A stretch of DNA of 61,824 nt, counting the filler, from Sphacelaria rigidula (lineage: Eukaryota): assembly GCA_964200075.2 (NCBI GenBank). It is 6 parts of 6 records of this genome, joined end to end, with 100 filler letters (N's around TTAATTAATTAA, not from the genome) between each part and the next. Parts side by side here need not be neighbours in the genome. Positions count along the whole stretch, not along the records: positions 20,644 to 30,864 come from CAXNAA020006907.1; positions 30,965 to 41,184 come from CAXNAA020006908.1; 4 more parts are not named here. One strand, written 5' to 3'. The notes beneath the pieces are model-generated. The model was not told the DNA's origin. It saw nothing but the letters and a program-made list of their open reading frames with translations, and did no database searches. Position numbers and translations under genes: made by a program. Every line of letters starts with the position of its first letter. The stretch's first letter is position 1. This document shows, piece after piece, positions 25,600 through 35,830 of this stretch.

Positions 25600-28500
25600 T
25601 CTATAATAGACGTTTGTTCAGGAAACGTGCCGGTTTGTGGGTGATGTTTCTTTCCAGCTGCGGAGAGTTTGTGCCGATATGTAGACAGGGTGTACAGTCT
25701 GTAACGTGCGAGGACGTGCCCTGAACATCAGCGGGACGGCGACGTTGACTGCAAGGCCTACCAGAGCTGTTCAAGGAAGAACTGCAACGCGCAGGAAAGG
25801 TGGCGGGAGCAATACAGTCAATGAGGTGACGTTTGAACTTTGCTGAGTTGAGGGTCGGCGGTTCGTTCAACTCTCCAGGATACGCACGGTTGCTCAGCGA
25901 AAATGCGTCCATACGGCTATTTCAAACTACAGCGAGTACCAGGAAGCACTGATATGAAGTAACAAGGAACAAACACATACATTGGATGAGGCTGTACACT
26001 AAAATGAGGTTTAAGGCCCGACCAGTGCTTTCCCCACACTTACAGCGATAGTGACCAATGGTTTTTTCGTCGGCCTAATGCCCCTTGACCGATTCTGTGA
26101 GCTCACAGCGCTGACCGAAACCGTCGTTTTCCATGACGTTTTACGGGGAGGGTTGACATTAGGGAAAATGAGGGCTTCGCTCAGCGCTGTAGGCTTGCAG
26201 AGTCGGTAAAATGCGCCGAGGAAGTATATACGCGATCGAGGGGCATTAGGTCGCGACAAAAACGTGATTGCGCACCATCGCTAAAAGTGTGGAGAAAGCA
26301 GTGTTTTGGGCTTGAACCGCATTTTAGTGTACAACCTCATTTTGTAGAGCTATTCGTTGAGGGGCGTACAGTGCAGGCCGCCGTGTTGACTGTGATCGAG
26401 CTAGTGTCGGGTGAAACAGTACCGGGCTGGGAATCTGAGATGGTGCAGGCGTGGGGATCACTGAAACCTGGTGAAGTGTCAGGCTTCCAGCCTAAGAGTC
26501 TGAAGGTGGAGAACAAGGAACGGTGGTTTCTCGCTGACTTTCTGTACCGAGTGGAGAGACAAAGGGTGTTTGTCTGGTCAAGAAGATTCCAGATTCGGGA
26601 TGTGTAATGATGACCATGTCAGCGGGTGTAGCGGCGACATTGCAAGTTATGGGGCCAGATGTTCGAGTCGTCACACCAATGGTTGGTGAACAGTTGGCGA
26701 AAGGGGCAAATGACAGTGTTGAACGCGTAAAGCATAAAACTCGCCTTGTCCGAACCGCTCTACACACCAACTGAGGACCGGTTATGTTGGACCCATGTTT
26801 GGTTGCGGTCATGCCGGGTACATGTGGTGTAATAACCATGGGGAGCCCACGCTTGAGACGCTAGGTATTAATGTGTACCAGTATAAGCGCCCACGCACGA
26901 GGTAGGGTCACTTCTGTGGGTGGTGCAGACACGCCCGATTTCGAGGGTTATCGGCGTGTCAAGACCGTGATCAAGACTTTACAGCAGCCGTGATCGGGAG
27001 GAGCGTGTGCGTCCCTCAATGGAGCGGTTGGTGTCGTGCGGTCCGGTTATGAACACGATGCCAGAGCAAGAGCTCGCTGAGCGTGAGATTGCGTTGGAGG
27101 AGGCGAAACTAGCAGTTGTGAATAATGGTTTGTCAGAGAGCAGCGTGAGCAAGCTTCGCGAGCTTGTAAGGCGTCGTGCTAACGCTTGCCGGCGAGCGAT
27201 ACATGGTGATCCGCATACTCGTGTCGAGCCCGGAAAGGTGCAATTCAAACATGGTGCTGAGGCGGTGAAGGCTAGGCTGTGCGCACACTCGCCGGTCAAG
27301 ATGGTATGGTTGGCACGCTGCATGGTGACAATAGTGGCGCTCGGACTCGTATGCCGCAAGTGGCAAGCAGTGTGAGCGAGCGCGGCGCTTACCATGCACA
27401 AGGAGGGCGGTATTCGTCTGGTGAGAAACTACCGCGCCGTAAATAAAGAGATTAAGAAGGTGCTGAGTGTGATGCCACACCGCGAGGCGGAGATTGTCGA
27501 TTTCCTGGGCGCTGCGTGTTTTGGAAATATATATTTGCTGCGAGGATACTGGGAGATGCCACTGCGAGCTGTTCCCCAAAAGGTTTTCACCATCGCGACC
27601 CCTGAAGATCTGTTCACGCCTACGTGGGTGCCACTAGGACTCAATGCTCCGGGGTATTTAGAGGGCACCATGACGGAGTCATTGGCTAGACTACCCCGTA
27701 GCTTGCTAGACTACCCCGTAAGGTGTGGGCGTAACATCTCAGGGTCGGGGGCAAATGAAGGTGACTTGTTGTGCACGCTGGGTGCGATTTTGAGCAGCCT
27801 GGAGGATGCTGGTCTTTTTGCGGCTGCACATGTGTGCATGATTATGACACGCAAAAAACGTGGCGTGGTAAAGTGCTCTCGGATGGGCAAGTCGCGAACA
27901 ACCGGGAGCGGCTGAGTGGATTGACTAGTATGTGGCGTCCTCGAACAGTGGGCGAGCTGATGTAACTTCTGCTGGCGGTGAAAGGCGGCGGACGTCTCTA
28001 CTGCGCCTCGCTGAGGTGGAGCTACGTCGTGTCCTGCTAGAGGAGCATAGGGCAAACAACGTGCGCCGTACTCGGCAGGTTGCTCCAAACAGGACGATCG
28101 AGGACGCGGCGTGGATTTGAGAGCCGCAAGCATGTACTGGAGCACAAACGTCTGTGTCAGATGCTGTTACTCTGTCACACCCCAGCAGGGACATGAGGTG
28201 ATGATGTCTCCAGATGCGTCGGATCTTGATTGGGGTAGATATGTGATAGGTGCCGAGGCATGAGATGGACCGAGACGTGGGGATGGAGGGCATAAGTCAT
28301 GAGCCGCCGGGATTTCCCGGCGGGACGGTTCATGAAGCGTAGCTGCGGTGGACCACCGTGGACAAGGTAGGATGTTCCATCGTGAGAACACTTCGTAGGT
28401 TGAAGTACCTTTTGTAGGGGGGAAAGTGGCCATATTGACGTGCCATCGCGATCTCCCTCATATTTTCGATCCCAGAGCGTGTGTAGCAACAGTGTCGAAA

Positions 28501-30213
28501 CCTTCGGCCCAGCGCCTTGGGCAATTGAAGGCTGTGCTCGGGGAGTACGACTGTTCAATCGGGCATATTAGTGATTAGCGTGACTGCTGGGGGCTTCACT
28601 ACCCCGGTGCGGGAATGTTCTAGCGGTATCTGTTTCGAGCCATTGCAATTTTTGCGACTCCAGGGCTTGATGGAGCTCTACCATCGAAGGACATCATTTG
28701 TGAAGCCCAAGGGTAAGCCCATGCCGGACTGGTGGTCCTGGTTGATGGAGCCGGGTTGTTCACTGGAGCTGTTGGGCGTGCTTCAAAAGACAGTGGGGGT
28801 TTGTTTCACGTGCATGTCGCAGGAAAAGATGTGCTGTGGATCCCGCCGCAAGCGAGCTGCAATCACGCTTGATGGTATGTGCTCACATGAGAGAAGGTTG
28901 TGACCACTTCACAGCGATTGCAGGAGTATTGCTATGAATTCTGGATGGAGACCCATGTGACCGGGTTTAAGAAGCAGCACTCACACTGTTTGGATTCCAA
29001 GGTGGGAGAGAAGGTCCCGCGTTTCCCCGGGGAGACAGTGCATGGTACTCGCCCAGGGGAAGTGATGGATTTCGATTTTCTCTACGTTGGCCATCGTGGT
29101 TCTCCATGAGATGGCGGATCGGACGAAGGAGGTAGGTTCACCTATATTTCGGTGATGAGCGACCTGAGTAACTTCGCGTGGTGGGAGCCCGCGGAGTCAC
29201 ACACGGCGGCGACGACGACGGTGAAGCATCAGTTGACATGGTGCAAAACACTAGGGCTGCCGGAGGTATGGGTCAGCGATATTGCATAGCATTTTAAGAA
29301 TCGTGTGATGAGAGCACTCGAGAAGATACCAAAGTTGAGTCGACGATTCGCGGTTGCCAACTCGCCGTGATCTAATGGTACCTGTGCGCGAGTGATGCGT
29401 GTGATATTTCGTACCCGGAAGGTCGTTGTGCCGGACGAAATGCGCGATCTTAGTGAATGGGTGGTATTGATGCCTGCCGTGCAGTGCAGTGGGCACTATA
29501 CACTGCTTTCCGAGAGCGCTATGCCAGCATGCCATACCTTGTGATGTTTGGCCAGGCACCGCACACGGGCTTTTCCACCTTGGCATCGTCAACCGGTGGT
29601 GACTGGAAAGTCGATGTGCTTGACGGAAACGCTTTGCGGCAGAAGGTGATGTCATCTCAAGTTGCACAAGAAGGTGGCGCAGCGTGTCGGGAAGAATCGC
29701 AGTTTCAGAGACGTATGGCTAGTAGGGGGCAGCTTCCAAACTTCTTGGTTGGCGATTGCCTACTCGAGGTAAAGGTGCGGCGTTCGGGGACGTTGCCGAA
29801 GTCTGTGAGCTCGTGGACGGGTCCTTGGCGGATCATGACGGCGGGAAAACGGCACGTATACGAAGTCCAGAGCATTGTGACGGGCGAGGTACACGACGTG
29901 CATGTCGCCCACCTTCGATTTCATGCAGAAAAGGAACTGGAGATTACTGCTGATCTGAAGAAGGTGCTCGAGCATGCTGTTGCACTCGAAGAGTTCGAGA
30001 TGGCGGCTATTTTCGGGAAATCAGAGGAATATGCAGGAGACGGTTTCTATGCGTGAGCGAAGTGAGTCGGGTTTGATCAGAGTGAGAACTCGTGGTAGTC
30101 GTGAGAAACTGTGTCGGAAGGGGCCCCGCAGTTTGTAAAGTTGAAGCTGCGTAAGTTGGGATAAGTTAAACGGTGCGAGCAAGTCTGCAGGCAGAGCATG
30201 GTATCAAGCTTTG
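25600..30213 (+). mobile_element. Decayed Ty3/Gypsy LTR retrotransposon internal region (PR-RT-RH-IN-chromodomain); boundaries approximate, LTRs not seen
   Basis: Motifs in order: protease DSGC...VAVMPG (~26595-26850); RT GIRLVRNYRAVN...LRGYWEMPL...FTIATPEDLFTPTWVPLG (27394-27650); RNase H DASDLDWG (~28212); integrase PGEVMDFDFLYVG, WCKTLGLPEVWVSD, SSWTGPWRI; chromodomain-like K*VGFDQSENSW (~30060). Many stops and frameshifts. Confidence 0.88.
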
Positions 30214-31399
30214 AGTGCTCAGTTCATGACATCGACTGATCACAAAAGCATTGTGCTTGGCGCGTTTACTTTGTGTGTGAGTATGCTATTACCAGCAATC
30301 ACCATCGGCTGAATTACTGACCTCACTGAGTTAGAGTGAGACTCTGTATTCCAGTGTCGACGTTCAGGGTTGTGCCAAGGATCAGTTAATTTTGTGGAAC
30401 ATGACATTGCATGATCGTGTCACTAATAGGCGGGCAAAGGTGGCATGAACGTCACTTCGGTGTCTACTGTTCGTTAGCCCTTTTGGAACCGTTGATGGAA
30501 AATCGACGATTTACATTTGAGTTTTTTCCGGGCAAGAAATGGTTGTTTTTCTACAGCTTTTGAGCAATCGATTCCCCCAAAGAGTGCTTTTCAGACTCGT
30601 GCGAATGGAACGTGAAAGGAAAGAAGGTTCGAAGGTTCTCTATTTTATGAGTATGACGAATTGTTCGACCCGTCGGTGTTTTGTAACCCCGGCTAGAGTG
30701 CACGGCTGACTCTCTGTGAAGCACTTATCACGCCGCACATGCCGTAGATGCTTTGCACCGCATCATAGCAAGCATGCGCCTAAGCTGAATTAACAAAGGC
30801 GAAACCGACGGCACATTTACCTCACTTATGCCCCCGTCTACTGTCTGTATTTGCAGACGGTCACNNNNNNNNNNNNNNNNNNNNNNNNNNNNNNNNNNNN
30901 NNNNNNNNTTAATTAATTAANNNNNNNNNNNNNNNNNNNNNNNNNNNNNNNNNNNNNNNNNNNNTTTAGGCTTGAGCCTCATCTCGAAGTTAAACCTCAA
31001 TTCTCACAATTTGTTGTTCAATGCTGTACACGTAGCCCCCAAGGTCACAGTACCGTGATGCGGTTCCCATGTTTCAGCGGGGCGACGTATGTAGTCGAAA
31101 TTCTTTCCACAACTCGTCTTGCATTTCGCATAATCCGTAGCACGGCCGCAGGTCGTGATGCTTATGGATACGTCGAGCCAGCGATGTGGCGACGGACGAG
31201 GGGAACATGAGGAGTCGCGTCCATATTGATATGGGTGTACCGAGGCCACCGCCAAGGCTGTCTGTATAGTTGTACACGCTCCACTCCACTGTGTTCTCGG
31301 ACACAGCCGCCACTCCCTTGATATCCGTCCCTTGTCTCTTTTCCTCTCCCCATCTCCCTTTCCCGTGGGTGAGTGGGGGGAGGGTGGGGAGGTGCGTAC

Positions 31400-32160
31400 T
31401 AATTTGTCGCTTGTATGCAGCTGCTGTGGTGTCGATACAAAGCACTTGGGACGAGCGTGGACAGGTATTCCTTTCGCTGAACTCGGACATAGCTCATGTG
31501 TGTAAAATGCGCGTTTCTCGTCCGCTACGACGCCATATGCATCCCACGATAGCTTTAACGATGCCTATGGACTGTTTTCGTATATTACAGACGCTGTGGT
31601 GCCGATGCATGGAACATGAGACGATCGCGGACAGGTATTCCATTCGGTGGTGTTGGACATAAGCTACGTCGAAGTCGCCAACTCGCAACGTGGACGAAGC
31701 CCATGTCCAGCTCGAGTCGGGTGGCGGTATTGTTCGGCACTGTATGTAGCAGGCACGTTTCTCATCCGCTACGAGGCCGCTTGCGCTGTGCGATGACTTG
31801 AACGATGGCTGCGGGCTGTGTCAATGTACTGCAGGTGCTGTGGTGTCGATGAATGGTGCATGGGACAAGCGCGGACAGCTGTTCCGCTCGCTAGAGTTGG
31901 ACAGGAGCTACGTGCAAGTCGCGACTTGGAAAAAGCTCATGTCCAACTCCAGTCGTGCGTCGTTTTTGTGGCACCGTGCAGCAGGCGCGTTTCTCCTCCG
32001 CTACGAGGCCGTCTGCACCGTGCGATGGCTCGAACGATGGCTACGGGCTGTGTAAGTGTGTTGCGGGTGTTGTAGTATAGATGTAATGTAGATGGGACGA
32101 ATGCGGGCAGGTAGTCAAATCGTAGCCGGAGTTGAACATAACTATGTCCAAGTCGTGACT
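31400..32160. repeat. Four diverged tandem units (170-244 bp), each with a 44-nt exon-like core
   Basis: Cores at 31421-31464, 31591-31634, 31835-31878, 32067-32110. Confidence 0.75.
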
Positions 32161-33022
32161 TGAAAACAGCCTCACCCTTCACGGAAACCTTGTTTCCGGT
32201 GGGTTTCGTCGCCTATTTCGAACAAAATCATACATGATACGCTTGCGTCGTGCAACTACGCTGTACGTGACCACCTCGTATCGACGCTGTTGAGCAAGTC
32301 GAACACCAGTACCATCAACTAGGGTGGTGCCACTCGACACATCCACCGAACCACAGGTTGCGCGAGGAACACGGCAGTGGTACGAACAGCGCCCTGGCTG
32401 GCACATCTTTTTTTGTCTTACTTTCAACCTCCGTTCCTAGAGACGAGTCTGTATCCTCAAGGGATCAACCTTTTTGTTCCGCTTAGGACATGACCGACAT
32501 TTTGGTACGGCCAGCGGATTGCACTGGCAATAGCACACCGCGTCAACTGTCGTGGACTAATTCCTGCTGATCACGCCTTCACGTCTTCCAAGACGGAAAT
32601 CAGGAGTGCGTGAAAACGAACCCACCGGGATTCGAACCCTCAACCTTTCGCACCAACCAAATGCAGAGGAACTTGTTGCATCCTTCGTACGCGACGGTAG
32701 ACTGTATGGCTAGGATTGCACCTTTCTCCACGGCGACCTGCCCAAAGATGGAGGTAAATACTCCACCAGCAAAGACACCACCATGCCGCTGAAAACATTG
32801 CTGAAGAATATCTGCCTCCACACAACAATCCACAAATACGGGTTAGCTGTCTCCGCTTCCCGCAGCTACCACCCGAACACAGCGGCATATTGCAACCTGG
32901 GGAAAACCAAACTGGTATCTATCGCGACAATTTTTAAAAAATTGACCTGGGCACAAGACACATGGCGAAACGGCACTGTGCCGAATATCAGCCGGGGGCG
33001 TGCGCAGGCGTGCCCTCATAAG

Positions 33023-35830
33023 CTACCTCCCTCGCGGGCAGGATAAACCAACGGAGACACATCGAGACGAAGCAGACACGTCTAATTCTGACTTCACGTC
33101 GGCTACCCCCCCTTCGGACATCACATCATGCCCTGCTGCCACATCAAATAACGGCCCCACTTGCTCCGTCATTCGTAGCCGCTTGGTACTCCTTTCACAG
33201 GTGATGCTGCTATTGTAGCTCCTATTGACAGCATTGCTGCTGTAGCCGCTACTGTCCATGCCGTCGGGACTGCCGGATAGAGCAGTGATCAATTCGGCGC
33301 TAGTTTTTTTCCTCTCGGAACCTCCCGCGGGCGCAGCAGTCGTCTCCAGTTTCACTGTCATGCGTGTCTTTGTCCCACCTAGAGATGCACCATCTGCTGC
33401 CGCCTCGCGCCGTGACTGTCCCGAAGCGTCACGCCACGAGGTCATGAAATTTGCACCCCGTTGCCCAGCACAAACGGCACGGGAGCTGCGACGAGAATGA
33501 GCGTTTGGACCGCTATCATTCGTGTTGGCATCGGCGTCCGATGGCTGGCTGGATCTTGCCTCCCATCCATCGAAGTCGACACCAGTCTCTCCCACGGAAG
33601 ATTCATCATCCAGGCATTCTTTTTCATGGACACGTACTGCTGCATCGGACACCATATCAGGGTCATGTGCAACATGAAGGCAGGTATTCTCGTGCCCCCC
33701 CACCCGGGTGGAACGACGCTGGATGGCGCTTTGATTGCCGGTCATAGAGCCTGCACCGGCACGTGGTGCGCAAAACTCCACCGCCCTGCAATCCGCTGCC
33801 TCGACCGATGCTCGTTTTGAGCGGCCTTTGTTTCCCAATTGCTCGCTTTTATCATCAGCCCTGCCGGGCCTGGCGTGCGTAGAGCAGAGCTTCGCTTGCT
33901 CGCCACTCGCTACACCGAACGATGGTCGCGTGGAGCAGCCCTGTTTGCCGCACCGTATTGGTTTTGAGCCAACCATGCCTGGCCGAACGTGTGTAGCGCA
34001 GAACTCCACCTCCCCGCCATCGGCTGCACCGAACGACGCTCGTGTGGAGCAACTCGCCTCGCCGCACCGCTTCTTCTTCACATTGACCATGTTCGCCGAG
34101 GCGTGTGTGGCGCAGAACTCCGCCTTTCCACCATACGCTGCACCGAACGACACTGGTGTGGAGCAACTCGCCTCGCCGCACCGCTGTTTCACATTGACCA
34201 TGTTCGCCGAGGCGTGTGTGGCGCAGAACTCCGCCTTTCCACCATACGCTGCACCGAACGACGCTGGTGTGGAGCAACTCGCCTCGCCGCACCGCTTTTT
34301 CACATTGACCATGTTCGCCGAGGCGTGTGTGGCGCAGAACTCCGCCTTTCCACCATACGCTGCACTAAACGACGGTCGTTTTGAGCAACTCGCCTCGCCG
34401 CACCGCTTCTTCACATCGACCGCTCCCGCCGGGGTGTGTGTGGCGCAGAACTTCACCTTCTTGCAAGCGGCTGCACCGAACGACGCCCGTTTGGAGCAGC
34501 TGGCCTCACTGCACCGCATGCTCTCTACATTGAGCATGCCAGCTGGGGCGTGTGTGACGCAGAACTCCGCCTTCCCGCCACCGGCTGCACCGAACGACGC
34601 TGGTTTGGAGCAGCCCTTTTCGCCGCACCGCTTGTTTACATTGAGCATGCCAGCTGGGGCGTGTGTGACGCAGAACTCCGCCTTCCCACCATCGGCTGCA
34701 CCGAACGACGCCTGTTTGGAGCAGCCCTTCTCGCCGCACCGTTTGTTGACATCGACCATGCCAGCCGGGGCGTGTGTGACGCAGAACTCCGCCTTTCTGC
34801 CATTGGCTGCACCGAACGACGCTCCTTTGGAGCAGCCCTTCTCGCCGCACCACTTGTTGACATTGACCATGCCAGCCGGGGCGTGTGTGGCGCAGAACTT
34901 CGCTTTTTTGCCAGCGACTGCCCCGAACGACGCCCGTTTGGAGCAGCCCTCTTCACCGCACCGTATATGTTTGACATCCACCATGCCAGCCGGGGCGTGT
35001 GTGACGCAGAACTCCGCCTTTCTGCCATTGGCTGCACCGAACGACGCTCGTTTGGAGCAGCCCTTCTCGCCGCACCGCTTATTTACACTGAGCATGCCAG
35101 CTGGGGCGTGTGTGGCGCAGAACTCCGCCTTCTTGCTAGCGACTGCCCCGAACGACGCCCGTTTGGAGCAGCCCTCTTCACCGCACCGTATGTGTTTGAC
35201 ATCCACCATGCCAGCCGGGGCGTGTGTGGCGCAGAACTCCGCCTTTCTGCCATTGGTTGCACCGAACGACGCTCCTTTGGAGCAGCCCTTCTCGCCGCAC
35301 CGCTTATTTACACTGAGCATGCCAGCTGGGGCGTGTGTGACGCAGAACTCCGCCTTTCGGCCATCGGCTGCACCGAACGATGCTTGTCTGGAGCAGCCCT
35401 TCTCGCCACACCGCTTGTTTCTTACATTAACCATGCCAGCTGGGGCGTGTGTGACGCAGAACTCCGCCTTCCCACCATCGGCTACACCGAACGACGCTCG
35501 TTTGGAGCAGCCCTTCTCGCCGCACCTCTTGTTTCTTACATCGACCGCGCCCACGGGAGCGTGTGTGACGCAGAACTCCGCCTTACTGCCAGCGGCTGCA
35601 CCGAACGAGGCTCGTTTAGAGCAGCCCTCTTCACCGCACGGCTTTTTTTTCACATCGACCGCGCCCGCCGGGGCGTGTGTGGCGCAGAACTCCGCCTTAC
35701 TGCCAGCGGCTGCACCGAACGATGGGCATTTGAAACAGCCCTCCTTACCGCACCGTTTTGTTTTCACATCGACCATGCCTGCCAGGGTGTGTGCGGCGCA
35801 GAGGTTCGGATTGCTGCTACCTGCTAACAC
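33023..35830 (-). CDS. EsV-1-7 cysteine-rich repeat protein (17 complete 37/38-aa C-x4-C...C-x2-H repeats plus low-complexity C-terminus); true start uncertain
   Basis: Uninterrupted 935-codon ORF. Consensus KRCGEKGCSKRASFGAADGGKAEFCVTHAPAGMVDV matches the EsV-1-7 motif known from phaeovirus and brown algal proteins such as IMM. The frame is open upstream to ~35926; first in-frame ATG is at ~35776. Confidence 0.88.
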   Translation of the reverse strand: MLAGSSNPNLCAAHTLAGMVDVKTKRCGKEGCFKCPSFGAAAGSKAEFCATHAPAGAVDVKKKPCGEEGCSKRASFGAAAGSKAEFCVTHAPVGAVDVRNKRCGEKGCSKRASFGVADGGKAEFCVTHAPAGMVNVRNKRCGEKGCSRQASFGAADGRKAEFCVTHAPAGMLSVNKRCGEKGCSKGASFGATNGRKAEFCATHAPAGMVDVKHIRCGEEGCSKRASFGAVASKKAEFCATHAPAGMLSVNKRCGEKGCSKRASFGAANGRKAEFCVTHAPAGMVDVKHIRCGEEGCSKRASFGAVAGKKAKFCATHAPAGMVNVNKWCGEKGCSKGASFGAANGRKAEFCVTHAPAGMVDVNKRCGEKGCSKQASFGAADGGKAEFCVTHAPAGMLNVNKRCGEKGCSKPASFGAAGGGKAEFCVTHAPAGMLNVESMRCSEASCSKRASFGAAACKKVKFCATHTPAGAVDVKKRCGEASCSKRPSFSAAYGGKAEFCATHASANMVNVKKRCGEASCSTPASFGAAYGGKAEFCATHASANMVNVKQRCGEASCSTPVSFGAAYGGKAEFCATHASANMVNVKKKRCGEASCSTRASFGAADGGEVEFCATHVRPGMVGSKPIRCGKQGCSTRPSFGVASGEQAKLCSTHARPGRADDKSEQLGNKGRSKRASVEAADCRAVEFCAPRAGAGSMTGNQSAIQRRSTRVGGHENTCLHVAHDPDMVSDAAVRVHEKECLDDESSVGETGVDFDGWEARSSQPSDADANTNDSGPNAHSRRSSRAVCAGQRGANFMTSWRDASGQSRREAAADGASLGGTKTRMTVKLETTAAPAGGSERKKTSAELITALSGSPDGMDSSGYSSNAVNRSYNSSITCERSTKRLRMTEQVGPLFDVAAGHDVMSEGGVADVKSELDVSASSRCVSVGLSCPRGR

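Noticed and set aside
32610-32660. tRNA gene on the minus strand (GGTTCGAATCCC)
   Set aside because: Only a T-arm/B-box-like piece; the 5' half is not recognisable.
33023-35830. Integrated phaeovirus provirus
   Set aside because: No other viral genes or gene-dense region nearby; EsV-1-7 domains are common in host genes.
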